Shown here piece by piece: positions 33,924 through 42,843 of a DNA stretch of 64,000 nt. Within the stretch, counting starts at the first letter, position 1. Every line of letters begins with the position of its first letter. The notes below the pieces were generated by a model. The model ran no database searches, had not been told where the DNA came from, and was given only the letters and a program-made list of their open reading frames with translations. This DNA is from Nitrospirota bacterium (GTDB taxonomy: Bacteria; Nitrospirota; UBA9217): contig CAVVOB010000019.1 in assembly GCA_963749655.1 (NCBI GenBank), forward strand, positions 64,001 through 128,000. The letters run 5' to 3'. A program made the translations under genes and the position numbers.

Positions 33924-34046
33924 CCCGGCTCCTGTAGACAGATGGAGAAATAACGGCTTCTGATCCTGTATTGTAGCAGACCCGGAGCAATTTCGAAATA
34001 GAATTCCTCAACAGGCGGGGTTCGGGGCATGCCCGTGGTGTCGATC

Positions 34047-34244
34047 TCACTTCTTCATCTTTAAATAGAATATGAGCCACAGCGGCCACAGCACTATCGC
34101 GACGAACGTTATAACCCTGTTGACATCGCCGAAAGTCACCAGAAGGTTTCGAGATTCAAGTTCGCTCGCCATTGATCTCGTATCCGTGAACGCGTATACG
34201 ACAAGTCCGATGAACAAGTAGGCCGACACCAGTATGATCATCAT
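34047..34244 (-). CDS. Small membrane protein
   Basis: Two hydrophobic segments, IVLWPLWL. Confidence 0.55.
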   Translation of the reverse strand: MMIILVSAYLFIGLVVYAFTDTRSMASELESRNLLVTFGDVNRVITFVAIVLWPLWLIFYLKMKK

Positions 34245-34313
34245 GCCGAACGTATCCCCTTCCCATCAGGTTCTGGGTCTCATGACTTCTCTTGGTTCCC
34301 CGTCTGGATGCCG

Positions 34314-35186
34314 CTAGTCAAGCGCCCCATGTTCTTTTGCAGTCTTGATCCAGTGTTCGGCCAGTTCGGCAGGATTTGCGCCCAGACCACGGCCAAGGTG
34401 CAGCGCCAGTCCCATCAATAATTCCGATGCTTTGCGGAAATCGGCGACATTGTCCAGTGTGCCAAATGATTCTTGAGCTTTCAATAGGAGCAGATCGTGA
34501 TGTTGGCGGGAAAAAGCTATGGGATCATGTCAAGTCATCCGTTAACTGCAGGGAGCATCAGCAGGTCGATCCACTCGGGACCAAGCCGGTCCTGCAATTG
34601 TTCGGGCTCTTCTCTTCCCATCTCCCGCCAGAGACGCAATGTCTGCCGGTCACCCGATTCGGCCAAACCGCTTTCCAGCAGAAGGGCGAAAGCGCTGTCA
34701 GCTAAATTTTGCATCAGTTCGAGATACTCATCCTGAGCAACTTCGAAGCGCTTCACGGCCTGTCCTTCAATGTAGGCGGCGACACTCAATTGAGGTAAAT
34801 CTAAAACTTCCGGACAGCCTTCCATACAGGGGAAATCACTCCCCTGGTACAGGTAGTGCAGTTCCTCGCCCTGCCTTTGGCGGCCAAGAGGATATAACCG
34901 GCAGGCCAAGGGGCGCCCCACATGCACGCTGCATCCGAAATCAGGCACATACTGGCTGCACGCCGGCAGCTGTCTCCAGCCGGGTGCGCCGTCAAAACGC
35001 AGACTGGATGCCGCCAAAATCGCAGTATCGATCACGAAACGCCCTCGGGGTCAGTCCTTTTGCTTCAGCCAGACACGCCAGTTCCCACGGGTTCAGCCTG
35101 ACAGTTTTGCCGTGACAGCAGGTGCCTGAACGTGAACAGGTAAGTGGCAGATTATCAGTAAGGGTGAGTTTGGTCGTGGCCGACAT
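34314..35186 (-). CDS. YkgJ-family cysteine-cluster protein, frameshifted
   Basis: CSRSGTCC, C.Q....GCSVHVGRPLACRLYP, CMEGCP. Confidence 0.8.
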
Positions 35187-35224
35187 TATGGCTTTTCCTG
35201 CAGTTTTCGTTTGTTCACCTTCTC

Positions 35225-35288
35225 GCATAACGGCGCTCGGCTGAGGGGCGCGGTTTTTCTGCGGCCCTCTCGGGCCGAATGGGTAGAA
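35225..35288 (-). mobile_element. attC-like site 1
   Basis: Minus strand TTCTACC..CGGCCCGAGAGGG...CCCCTCAGCCG..GTTATGC; 10 nt after the cassette stop codon. Confidence 0.7.
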
Positions 35289-35297
35289 TCATATATT

Positions 35298-35849
35298 TCA
35301 AGCACTGTCTCCATTTCTTTTTTTGACTCCCTGGTCCCTTTGTTTCCCCGTGGGTGGATCGTCCCGATCCGTACTTTTTCCCGTTACGTCAGCATGGTCG
35401 CCGCCGGAGGCACGCTTAAAGCCGTATCGCAGCGAGGCTTCTATAGCTTTAACCAGTTCTTTCAGATCGAGCGCCTTCGCGGAGTCACGGCCCCGGGCGC
35501 GACCTAAAGCTTTTTCATAGGCTGATCGAATGTCCGCCGGCATCTCCTCGGTGGAAGAGTACTTCTTGCCGTTTATGTCATCGCGGTCGTTACGTGATCT
35601 AAAGATCACAACAGCGCCATATAAAAATGCCAGCCCCATCACGCTCATGCCGATTCCAATCTTGACCGCAGTGGAGCCGTAGGTCGCATATGTGATTCCA
35701 TGACTTCGGGATACGAACTCCTGCTTAATGATCCCCCGGTAAATGCCGACAGAGAGCAGTAAAATTCCGAGGCCCAGGAGCAGCGGGCAGATAAAAACTT
35801 TCACGCAGAGTGTTGACAAGGATTTCTGTTGCCGATATTTTGATTTCAT
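35298..35849 (-). CDS. Cassette-like hypothetical membrane protein
   Basis: Two TM helices, then INGKKYSS.EEMP motif; bounded by attC-like sites. Confidence 0.65.
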   Translation of the reverse strand: MKSKYRQQKSLSTLCVKVFICPLLLGLGILLLSVGIYRGIIKQEFVSRSHGITYATYGSTAVKIGIGMSVMGLAFLYGAVVIFRSRNDRDDINGKKYSSTEEMPADIRSAYEKALGRARGRDSAKALDLKELVKAIEASLRYGFKRASGGDHADVTGKSTDRDDPPTGKQRDQGVKKRNGDSA

Positions 35850-35957
35850 ATGTAGTCGCCCTCGCGGTTATGCCCTTGCCCTTCTCCTCGCTTTCTGCTT
35901 CGCTTATACCTGTATACCTGGCCCGGGGACTTGCACCCCGGAGATTCTGTGCAATGT

Positions 35958-36023
35958 CCGGCACACGCGGGTCACGCGCCGGGCGGGCTTATCGCCCGGA
36001 CGGTGTCGAGCCGTTTGTTGAAT
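35958..36023 (-). mobile_element. attC-like site 2 (degenerate R')
   Basis: Minus strand ATTCAAC AAACGGCTCGACACCG...CGCGTGACCCGCGT GTGCCGG; shares acgcgggtcacgcgcc with site 3. Confidence 0.6.
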
Positions 36024-36039
36024 AGTACGTGCAATTAAA

Positions 36040-36351
36040 TTAGAGATTCAAGGCAAAATTGATAGCATCGCGAATTTCGCTTAGCTTTTGTTTTGATAAG
36101 GAGGTAATCAGCGAGCCGACGTTCGATTTTGACACCGTCTGAATGTGGTCACAATTAATTGCACAGTCATTATGCATGCCGTCTAAGCGGGACAAAGGCA
36201 CTTCGCTGGGGATATCTCTTATTGTTGAAGTTACAGGCGCTATAGTAACTTCACCTAAGTACTCTAATATAGAATTTCTCGTTAAGATAACTACAGGGCG
36301 TTTTTTATCAGGGGGCTTGAACTTATACCATCGCACCTCACCCCGCTTCAT
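36040..36351 (-). CDS. PemK/MazF-family toxin
   Basis: MKRGEVRW...KKRPVVILT, VTIAPVTS, INCDHIQTV. Confidence 0.92.
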   Translation of the reverse strand: MKRGEVRWYKFKPPDKKRPVVILTRNSILEYLGEVTIAPVTSTIRDIPSEVPLSRLDGMHNDCAINCDHIQTVSKSNVGSLITSLSKQKLSEIRDAINFALNL

Positions 36352-36581
36352 AAATCACCCCATTCTTGCTCTGACTCCCAGACGCTAAATTCAGCTTTGT
36401 CAGCAGGGTGCTGCCCGTATCCTTTTTTGTGCCTTTTTTCGAGCTGGCTGACATTGACCTGTTTGATCGCATTCCTTAATGCCTTGCGCGCAAAAGCCGA
36501 CCGGGTTGTTTTTAGCTTTTTGACGACCTGGTCAACTGTTGCAACTAAGTCATCATCTAAGGTCATTTGTATGGTTCTCAT
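36348..36581 (-). CDS. Ribbon-helix-helix antitoxin (CopG/MazE-like)
   Basis: MRTIQMTLDDDL...TRSAFARKAL; 4-nt overlap with toxin start. Confidence 0.88.
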   Translation of the reverse strand: MRTIQMTLDDDLVATVDQVVKKLKTTRSAFARKALRNAIKQVNVSQLEKRHKKGYGQHPADKAEFSVWESEQEWGDL

Positions 36582-36753
36582 AGCCCCTCCTTATGATGTG
36601 GATATCTATAGCTATAGTAAACCACATTTCAGGCCAAGTCAAGTGTGGGCGCGGGCTTTACAGTTTTGGCAACTTGGTGTCAATCCGACGTCTTCTGTTG
36701 ATCAAATAAATGACTATGGCTGAGGCAAGCAGTCCAACAAAAAAAACCATGGC

Positions 36754-36846
36754 AGTCGCGTAGGTTGGGCTACGCTTCGCAGACCAACATCTTGATTCTT
36801 GATACGTTGGGCTTCAGTCAGACCCTTCAGCCCAATCTACTGGCCT
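36754..36846. repeat. 93-bp REP doublet (REPIN-like), copy A
   Basis: GTAGGTTGGGCT..AGACCAAC ... GTTGGGCT..AGCCCAATCTAC; 90/93 identical to 37703-37795. Confidence 0.9.
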
Positions 36847-37228
36847 CTCTTCCGAGATTATTTTCGTGCAGCTTTGCTCTTGCCGACTGAATTAATACTA
36901 TTCCACCGAATACGAAGTACAGGCTTAGAATAACGGTAATTATTTTGACGACGTACTGATTAATAGGAATAACAAGAATTGCCAGGAATAAGGAGAAGAC
37001 GTGGATAACAAGGTAAATGCCCATGGCCCAAAGGGCAAAAATTCTCCCTTTGATTACATAGTAAGAAACGATAGATAAAACGATCAATTCCGCTAGACGA
37101 ACTTGAGATAAGTACCATGGCGCATTGACTGCAAATGAATAAATTGTTGCGATTGCCTTGAGAGTGATAAAGGTTCCAAGGATGGTAATATGTTCTTTGA
37201 GAGCCTGTATGATTCTGTTAGTTTTCAT
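36827..37228 (-). CDS. Cassette-like membrane protein
   Basis: Four hydrophobic segments, AT-rich; starts right after attC-like site 3. Confidence 0.7.
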   Translation of the reverse strand: MKTNRIIQALKEHITILGTFITLKAIATIYSFAVNAPWYLSQVRLAELIVLSIVSYYVIKGRIFALWAMGIYLVIHVFSLFLAILVIPINQYVVKIITVILSLYFVFGGIVLIQSARAKLHENNLGREASRLG

Positions 37229-37231
37229 ATG

Positions 37232-37293
37232 GTATAACGACGCGGGTCACGCGCCGCCTTCGGGCGCGTCGCTGTGGACCCGCCTCGCTAGAA
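37232..37293 (-). mobile_element. attC-like site 3
   Basis: Minus strand TTCTAGC GAGGCGGGTCCACAGCGACGCGCCCGAAGGCGGCGCGTGACCCGCGTC GTTATAC; GCGGGT-C-CAC / GTG-ACCCGC pairing with an extrahelical base. Confidence 0.75.
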
Positions 37294-37333
37294 TTACATG
37301 TCTCGATACGCAGAAACGCGGCTAGGTATTTTA

Positions 37334-37675
37334 TTAATACAAACGAAAACGACCGGATATTAATAAGAAAATCAAAATTAAAACTAGGATCAGGCCAAAT
37401 AGTGGACCAAACCCGGCTTTGATTTTATTTCTTCTTTCTTCGGGTATGGTTTCTAAGGGGAACTCTCTGCCGGTTATGCGTTTGAAGCCAGGACAAAATG
37501 TATTTTCAAAATAATTAAAAAATAGAATCTGGAAAAGTATCGTGAATACTATAACTAATACAACAAAAACGAAGCCAATCGCGAGAATCAACCAAAATAT
37601 TTCGGGTCCGAACTTGAGCCACAGAAGAAAACAAAGACCAAATGCAGCAATGTTTGCCAACGTTTTCTTTTCCAT
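37334..37675 (-). CDS. Cassette-like membrane protein
   Basis: Three hydrophobic segments, AT-rich. Confidence 0.7.
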   Translation of the reverse strand: MEKKTLANIAAFGLCFLLWLKFGPEIFWLILAIGFVFVVLVIVFTILFQILFFNYFENTFCPGFKRITGREFPLETIPEERRNKIKAGFGPLFGLILVLILIFLLISGRFRLY

Positions 37676-37702
37676 GATTTTATCTAATCAACTTTCAATA
37701 TG

Positions 37703-37795
37703 AGTCGCGTAGGTTGGGCTACGCTTCGCAGCCCAACATCTTGATTCTTGATACGTTGGGCTTCAGTCAAACCCTTCAGCCCAACCTACTGGCCT
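37703..37795. repeat. 93-bp REP doublet (REPIN-like), copy B
   Basis: Direct repeat of 36754-36846 with three substitutions. Confidence 0.9.
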
Positions 37796-37914
37796 GGGAA
37801 ATAGCAGCGAACAGCATCAGCTGCCATAACAGTGATTGGAGACCATTCCGGATTTCCAACATCCCATAACTCAAGGAGCCAGCATCGTGGCCTCGGTTGG
37901 TAACCGGTCGGAAC

Positions 37915-38688
37915 TCAATTGCTGAGAAAGATATACTGTTTCAACAGATCGACTTTTCCAAGGGTATAGTCAAAAGGCAGCACGCGGGGAATTTGATATA
38001 TCGGATTGACCCTCTTTTGGAGTTCCGCGAGCACAGGCATCGGCAGGAGAAAATGGTTCAGGATAACCTTGGCCGGAACTACGAATATCCTGCTGTCACG
38101 GACCTCCAGGCGGAGCGCTGCATACCCTTCAAAACGATCGTTTACCATGAACTTTTCGACGAGCTTTCTGTCGTTCGGGGATATCGTACTGGCCGGAACG
38201 CTGAACTCCAATTCAATATACGGGGGGGTGAATTTGATCAGAAATTTGTCATAGTGAAAGTTCAGCCTCTTCGCCGTCCTTATGAATTCATTTTTTATCG
38301 TTTGCTCCGAAACCAATATCCTGACGGCAAAATCCGAATACGAAGTAATTTTAACGGTGTTTGCATTTCTTAATGCCTTGAAATCGATCTTCGGATTGGT
38401 ATACTGCGCGGTGACGTAGTCGACCGGGACACCGTTTATCGGGAGCGATACGAATTTCATGAACAGGGACTTCAGGTCCCCGCCTTTGTCGTCGCCGGTG
38501 TTCGTTTTAATCTCTATTCGCTCACACTTCACCGTTCTTCTCAGTGCCTTCGCAAGCTCATTGTCAAGCGATTCCCGGGAATAGAGCGCGGACGCGCCGG
38601 ATAAAAGTACGGTTACAGCCGCCAGGGCCGCAATCAAGCAAGAACGGACGGGATAATTGACAGATCTATTTTTGAAAAAGTCTGCCAT
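37915..38688 (-). CDS. Exported hypothetical protein (possibly LmeA/DUF2993-like)
   Basis: Signal-like hydrophobic stretch then beta-rich body; start uncertain. Confidence 0.55.
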   Translation of the reverse strand: MADFFKNRSVNYPVRSCLIAALAAVTVLLSGASALYSRESLDNELAKALRRTVKCERIEIKTNTGDDKGGDLKSLFMKFVSLPINGVPVDYVTAQYTNPKIDFKALRNANTVKITSYSDFAVRILVSEQTIKNEFIRTAKRLNFHYDKFLIKFTPPYIELEFSVPASTISPNDRKLVEKFMVNDRFEGYAALRLEVRDSRIFVVPAKVILNHFLLPMPVLAELQKRVNPIYQIPRVLPFDYTLGKVDLLKQYIFLSN

Positions 38689-39070
38689 CTTCAATATAGA
38701 GGTCCTTTGCGTTATAGAGTTTGGGATCCGGCACACTGATGCGATAGTGGTCGGCGCCGTTGGTCCTGGACAGGGTGTACACGTACGGTGTCCCGCTCGC
38801 GGGATCGTTGCCGATACGATCAAGAAACGCGGGCTGGAGTTGTTCTAATTTCCGGGGGTATTCCATGGTAACGACGAAGTAGGCCTCGACGGCTTTTGAA
38901 AGGTTCTGCAAATCCGTCAGTACCTGTTCTCGGGACGTAGCGTACGCCTGTTTCGGCGGTTCATAGTTGTTGACGCCCCCTTTCCAGTAAAGGACGGCAA
39001 GATAACCAAGGATAACCGCTGCAATCACGATCAGGATGGAAAAAAATACGATGAGTTTTTTCTTTCGCAT
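38666..39070 (-). CDS. Pseudopilin/GspG-like membrane-anchored protein
   Basis: N-terminal TM, DLQNLSKAVEAYF...YP..LEQL, DPASGTPYVY. Confidence 0.6.
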   Translation of the reverse strand: MRKKKLIVFFSILIVIAAVILGYLAVLYWKGGVNNYEPPKQAYATSREQVLTDLQNLSKAVEAYFVVTMEYPRKLEQLQPAFLDRIGNDPASGTPYVYTLSRTNGADHYRISVPDPKLYNAKDLYIEDGRLFQK

Positions 39071-39382
39071 AGGCGGATTTCCTATCTCATGGTGTCATCC
39101 CGGCAGCCGGTTCATGACCGGTACGTTGTGTGTGCTGGCATCACGATAGTGCGACGCAACATTCTTTGCCGGGGAATCCCATCAAATCGCCCTGACAACG
39201 TCTGCTCAGGAACAAACTTATGAATGCTTCATTTTACCTGATGCACAATCAATTATCCAGAACGTTTCTTCTCATGCCGTAGTCGTATCTAATTGGAAAT
39301 CAGATGGTGCACTTGAGAGAATATCGGTGAGGCATTTTCTTTACAATCATATTCCGGTGATCTTCGAATTACCATAAATGGA

Positions 39383-39439
39383 TTTTAACGCCGCCGTGAG
39401 GGGCGTGGTTCACAGACCCTCTCGACGGCGAGGTTGGTA
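39383..39439 (-). mobile_element. attC-like site 4
   Basis: Minus strand TACCAAC CTCGCCGTCGAGAGGG...CCCCTCACGGCGGC GTTAAAA; intact AAC/GTT cores. Confidence 0.8.
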
Positions 39440-39475
39440 CTGTTTGTTAAATAGCCTTGATTGAGTATAGCCAGT

Positions 39476-39769
39476 TTATCGTCTAAGAAATATATAATTT
39501 CTTGTCAAAATTTCTAGCGCTACCGCAATCAGAAATGAAAGGCCTGAGGCAATAACGAATGATTTCTTCCGCGGTTCAATCAGATACGAAAAAGATAGTA
39601 ATGCCACTAGCGATAAGGGAGCAGTGAGCCATGTAAGAATGAAGGGTAGATTCCAAAGAGCATCGATATTGTTGATCGTAAGAGTGCTGTAGTAGAGTAG
39701 CAGCACGAGATTAATAGTTCCTGCTCCAAACCCTACGAGTACAGCGACAATTTTCGTGGCTTTTTTCAT
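39476..39769 (-). CDS. Cassette-like membrane protein
   Basis: Three TM segments. Confidence 0.65.
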   Translation of the reverse strand: MKKATKIVAVLVGFGAGTINLVLLLYYSTLTINNIDALWNLPFILTWLTAPLSLVALLSFSYLIEPRKKSFVIASGLSFLIAVALEILTRNYIFLRR

Positions 39770-39820
39770 TGATATGCTCCAGGAAACCGGATGCCGGTAC
39801 AGCGTTTTTTATCCTGTTGT

Positions 39821-40153
39821 TTACAGATTTTCAATTTCATTTTGAACTTCTTTAACTAACCTAACTTGATGTTTGAGGTCGTCACTGGTAGGATTCAATG
39901 GCATCTTATAATGCAAAGCTGATTGAATATGGTCAAGTGCCTTGCATAGCTTCTGATAAGCCATTTTGTGTTCCCTGCTTCTGACGATTTCAAGCTCAAT
40001 TTTGTCCTTGAGAGTATGGATTCTCGTTATTAATAACATTGCCTTATGCTTTATAAAATCAGTCGAATCTAAATCGTCGCAATCTTGACTAAGTACAGTA
40101 GCCAAGTCCGCTTTAATTCGGATTAGTTCCTCGTCGATCGTATTTTTATTCAT
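39821..40153 (-). CDS. Cassette-like hypothetical helical protein
   Basis: 110-aa AT-rich ORF starting just after attC-like site 5. Confidence 0.6.
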   Translation of the reverse strand: MNKNTIDEELIRIKADLATVLSQDCDDLDSTDFIKHKAMLLITRIHTLKDKIELEIVRSREHKMAYQKLCKALDHIQSALHYKMPLNPTSDDLKHQVRLVKEVQNEIENL

Positions 40154-40171
40154 CTCGCTATTTATTTTGGA

Positions 40172-40216
40172 CCCAAACTTGCGCCTGACGCGTCGCTGTC
40201 GAGGCGCTCGTTAACA
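40172..40216 (-). mobile_element. attC-like site 5 (short, 45 bp)
   Basis: Minus strand TGTTAAC GAGCGCCTCGACAGCGACGCGTCAGGCGCAA GTTTGGG. Confidence 0.6.
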
Positions 40217-40223
40217 ATCAGCT

Positions 40224-40967
40224 TTACTGATTTGTCTTTGGCGCGCTGTCATCTGCATATTCTTTGATAGCATCAGATAGAAACTGAGCGATCGAATTCT
40301 CAAAAGCGTCGAGAATGTAAGATTGTTTCGTCGAAGTAGGTGAGACGCCAATATCTATGGTAACTGCAGGCATTGAAGTATTTAGCAGAACATAGTCGAA
40401 ACTGCGCAGTAACTGAATGCAGGTGAACAGATCTGATTCACTCAATTTCTTCGACATCGTGCCGGCAACAGTAAGGCTTTCCTCGTGCTTGTCGTCTGTT
40501 GCCAGGGCCGCAAATATTTCATTCAGCCCTTTGCTTGGGTCATCAGTTTTGTTGTTGGCCACTTGATGTTTCTTGATCGGCTTCGGTTCAGTAAAGATAC
40601 TAATACAGTCCTTCTTTGCTTTGGTAACTTTAATTCCGATGTATAGGTCGGATTGTCTCGAATGAGCCTGAGTAGCGCGTGTGTCAGGAGGTACAGATCT
40701 ATCTTCTGAACGAGAAAGGTAAACCGCAAATCCCTTCGTTTCGAGAATCGTCTTCATTTTTTGTGCAATTTCAAGTGTGATGTCCTTGCCTAGTTTATCC
40801 TTGGAAAGTCGTGGCCCACGTGCCTTCCCGCCATACGATGGATCGAGATAAATTGTGTGAATCTTTAGGCCAAGTTTCTTCGACAAACTCTCTGCGCCAA
40901 TGGATGTCCCTTGGCAGATAAGAAGTGAGGAAAATATGATTGCGCTTGTAATTAGAAATCGTCTCAT
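40224..40967 (-). CDS. N-acetylmuramoyl-L-alanine amidase (Amidase_3) homologue lacking catalytic residues
   Basis: Signal peptide; IYLDPSYGG, KDITLEIA, VYLSRSED, VLLNTSMPAVTIDIG follow the Amidase_3 scaffold. Confidence 0.8.
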   Translation of the reverse strand: MRRFLITSAIIFSSLLICQGTSIGAESLSKKLGLKIHTIYLDPSYGGKARGPRLSKDKLGKDITLEIAQKMKTILETKGFAVYLSRSEDRSVPPDTRATQAHSRQSDLYIGIKVTKAKKDCISIFTEPKPIKKHQVANNKTDDPSKGLNEIFAALATDDKHEESLTVAGTMSKKLSESDLFTCIQLLRSFDYVLLNTSMPAVTIDIGVSPTSTKQSYILDAFENSIAQFLSDAIKEYADDSAPKTNQ

Positions 40968-40977
40968 GGTCCTTCCG

Positions 40978-41034
40978 AAGTAACACGGAGTTCACACGCC
41001 AGCGAAGCGGTCGGCGTGGAACGACAAGTTATTA
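40978..41034 (-). mobile_element. attC-like site 6
   Basis: Minus strand TAATAAC TTGTCGTTCCACGCCGACCGCTTCGCTGGCGTGTGAACTCCGT GTTACTT; R'' overlaps the TAA stop of the upstream ORF. Confidence 0.8.
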
Positions 41035-41685
41035 CTCATTCTCGATTTCGTTGCGGATGCGTAAGAAAACTTTTGCGATAGCGTCAGAATCGCCTTTTGC
41101 ATCTTTTATATCTGCGAGAAACTCTTTAGAATTGCCTATGTAATAATTGAGCAGCTGGCTGATCAACCGGAGACTGTAGTTCTTATAGCGGTTAAAGCTC
41201 AGAAAGTTGGTCACAAATATCTCTGCGCTAGAATAATCCGATAATGTGGCGCGATCCCCATTTTTAATTTTGGACAAATAGTCTTTTCTAATAGAAATTA
41301 CAGGATCATTCTCCAATACGGAGAGTAGCCGTGCCACTCGCCTATCTTTGAAGTCATAGCAATTGTCCATCGACATCGTAGACCAGCGAAAAGCAAAGTG
41401 AGAGTGGTTTACAAGACAAGAAAGCAAATCGTATTTGTGTTTGCGACCAAGCCAGTTTATCTCAAAAATAACTTGTGGTGTTAGATAAGGATCTTTCTTT
41501 AGATAGTACTTATAGAAGGCTACTAACAGATTCTTTTGATATTTTTTGGTGCATAACTTGCCAATCGTGTAAATGCTATCCTTCCGCATTTGATAATTAT
41601 TGGAGTAGAGCTTTTTATCCAATGCAGTATAAATTCCCTTTCTTTCGAGCAAGGACAACAACCTTTTTCTATCTTGTGCCACCAT
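41032..41685 (-). CDS. Cassette-like hypothetical protein (HEAT-like helices)
   Basis: 217-aa AT-rich ORF whose stop lies in attC-like site 6. Confidence 0.65.
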   Translation of the reverse strand: MVAQDRKRLLSLLERKGIYTALDKKLYSNNYQMRKDSIYTIGKLCTKKYQKNLLVAFYKYYLKKDPYLTPQVIFEINWLGRKHKYDLLSCLVNHSHFAFRWSTMSMDNCYDFKDRRVARLLSVLENDPVISIRKDYLSKIKNGDRATLSDYSSAEIFVTNFLSFNRYKNYSLRLISQLLNYYIGNSKEFLADIKDAKGDSDAIAKVFLRIRNEIENE

Positions 41686-41708
41686 CGCAGGTGATGACCG
41701 GAGATCTC

Positions 41709-42008
41709 TTAAAACCAGAGTGCGTTACTGAACTTTTCTGGCCGACTTCTTGAAATTACCATTTCTATGTGAGAGACTATTTCATCTTGGGATGCAAGAG
41801 AAAAGAGTTCTCTGATAGCGTCGATGTTATGTAAAAAATCAGGCGCGTCACAGTATTTGTTTATGTAATTATCAATAAGATCGACGATTAAGGGATTCAT
41901 TTTTATTCCGGGATAACAAGATGCTAGTTCTTCGGAATACAGTATCATAGACTTGACTGACCGGTCAATGAATTTAGGAAAAAATGTGATGTATGGTATG
42001 GAAATCAT
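41709..42008 (-). CDS. Hypothetical protein
   Basis: 99-aa AT-rich ORF co-oriented with the array. Confidence 0.4.
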   Translation of the reverse strand: MISIPYITFFPKFIDRSVKSMILYSEELASCYPGIKMNPLIVDLIDNYINKYCDAPDFLHNIDAIRELFSLASQDEIVSHIEMVISRSRPEKFSNALWF

Positions 42009-42375
42009 TAACCTTCCAGCAAAAGACTAATATGCAATAGGTGACACATTTATATTATCCTGACTAATATTCAAATTCGGAATAGTCAATTGCTTGAGAA
42101 AGGCATGTCGCCCATCTCGGAAGACATTTAAAACAGTTTGATGCGCATCTGGAGGAGGCGGTTCCCGTCGTGCTGTGCGTCGAAGATCTATTCCGCATTG
42201 CGTGCCAAGCAAGAACCACGGGGAACTGAAGTGCCTGCAGTATTTCTCAAACTCAAACCGATCGTTGTCGTATGCAGCCCTCTCTTCTGAATTCGCTCCT
42301 GCAAAAGCGAGTGCGCCAAGGTAAAATCAATGATACAATGCTTTAAAAGATAATGAGCTAGGCAGGAGTATAACG

Positions 42376-42801
42376 ATGGAAAAACAACCGATCAAGCAGC
42401 CCATTGACGGCATTCTCGACCTGCACACCTTCCGGCCGGAAGAGGTGAAGGACCTGGTGCCGGAGTACCTTTTGGAATGCATGATGCGCGGCGTTTTCGA
42501 GGTCCGCGTCATTCATGGAAAAGGAATCGGCACGCTCAAAGCGACGGTGAGGTCCGTTCTGGAGAAACTGCCTTATGTGGAATCGATCAGAACTGCTGAT
42601 GAAACAGAGGGCGGATGGGGGGCGACGATCGTAACATTGAGAAAGATGACGGCGGTCTGCAACTGCCCGTGCCACGCCTCGCCGCACATCATCCATCCTG
42701 TTCCATGCTGCATGACCTGTCCGCACTGCAAACAGAACATCTCGAAATACTTTTACGAAGCACACGTTAAGGCCTGCGCAAAAAAGAAAACGGCAGGGTA
42801 A
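42376..42801 (+). CDS. Smr/MutS2 C-terminal domain protein with Cys/His-rich tail
   Basis: LDLHTF, VIHGKGIGTLK, GGWGATIV; tail CNCPCH...CCMTCPHC. Confidence 0.88.
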   Translation: MEKQPIKQPIDGILDLHTFRPEEVKDLVPEYLLECMMRGVFEVRVIHGKGIGTLKATVRSVLEKLPYVESIRTADETEGGWGATIVTLRKMTAVCNCPCHASPHIIHPVPCCMTCPHCKQNISKYFYEAHVKACAKKKTAG

Positions 42802-42814
42802 ATACCCTGCCGTT
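42789..42814. terminator. Hairpin between convergent smr and mltD
   Basis: AACGGCAGGGTA-aa-TACCCTGCCGTT. Confidence 0.7.
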
Positions 42815-42843
42815 AATATTATTCCATTCCTGTTATTGCCCGA

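Noticed and set aside
39770-39825. Additional attC between ORFs 39476-39769 and 39821-40153
   Set aside because: AAC/GTT-like ends are present but internal pairing is too weak to call.
35225-41034. CRISPR interpretation of the spaced palindromes
   Set aside because: Repeats are not identical, spacing is gene-sized and no cas genes are present; attC architecture fits better.
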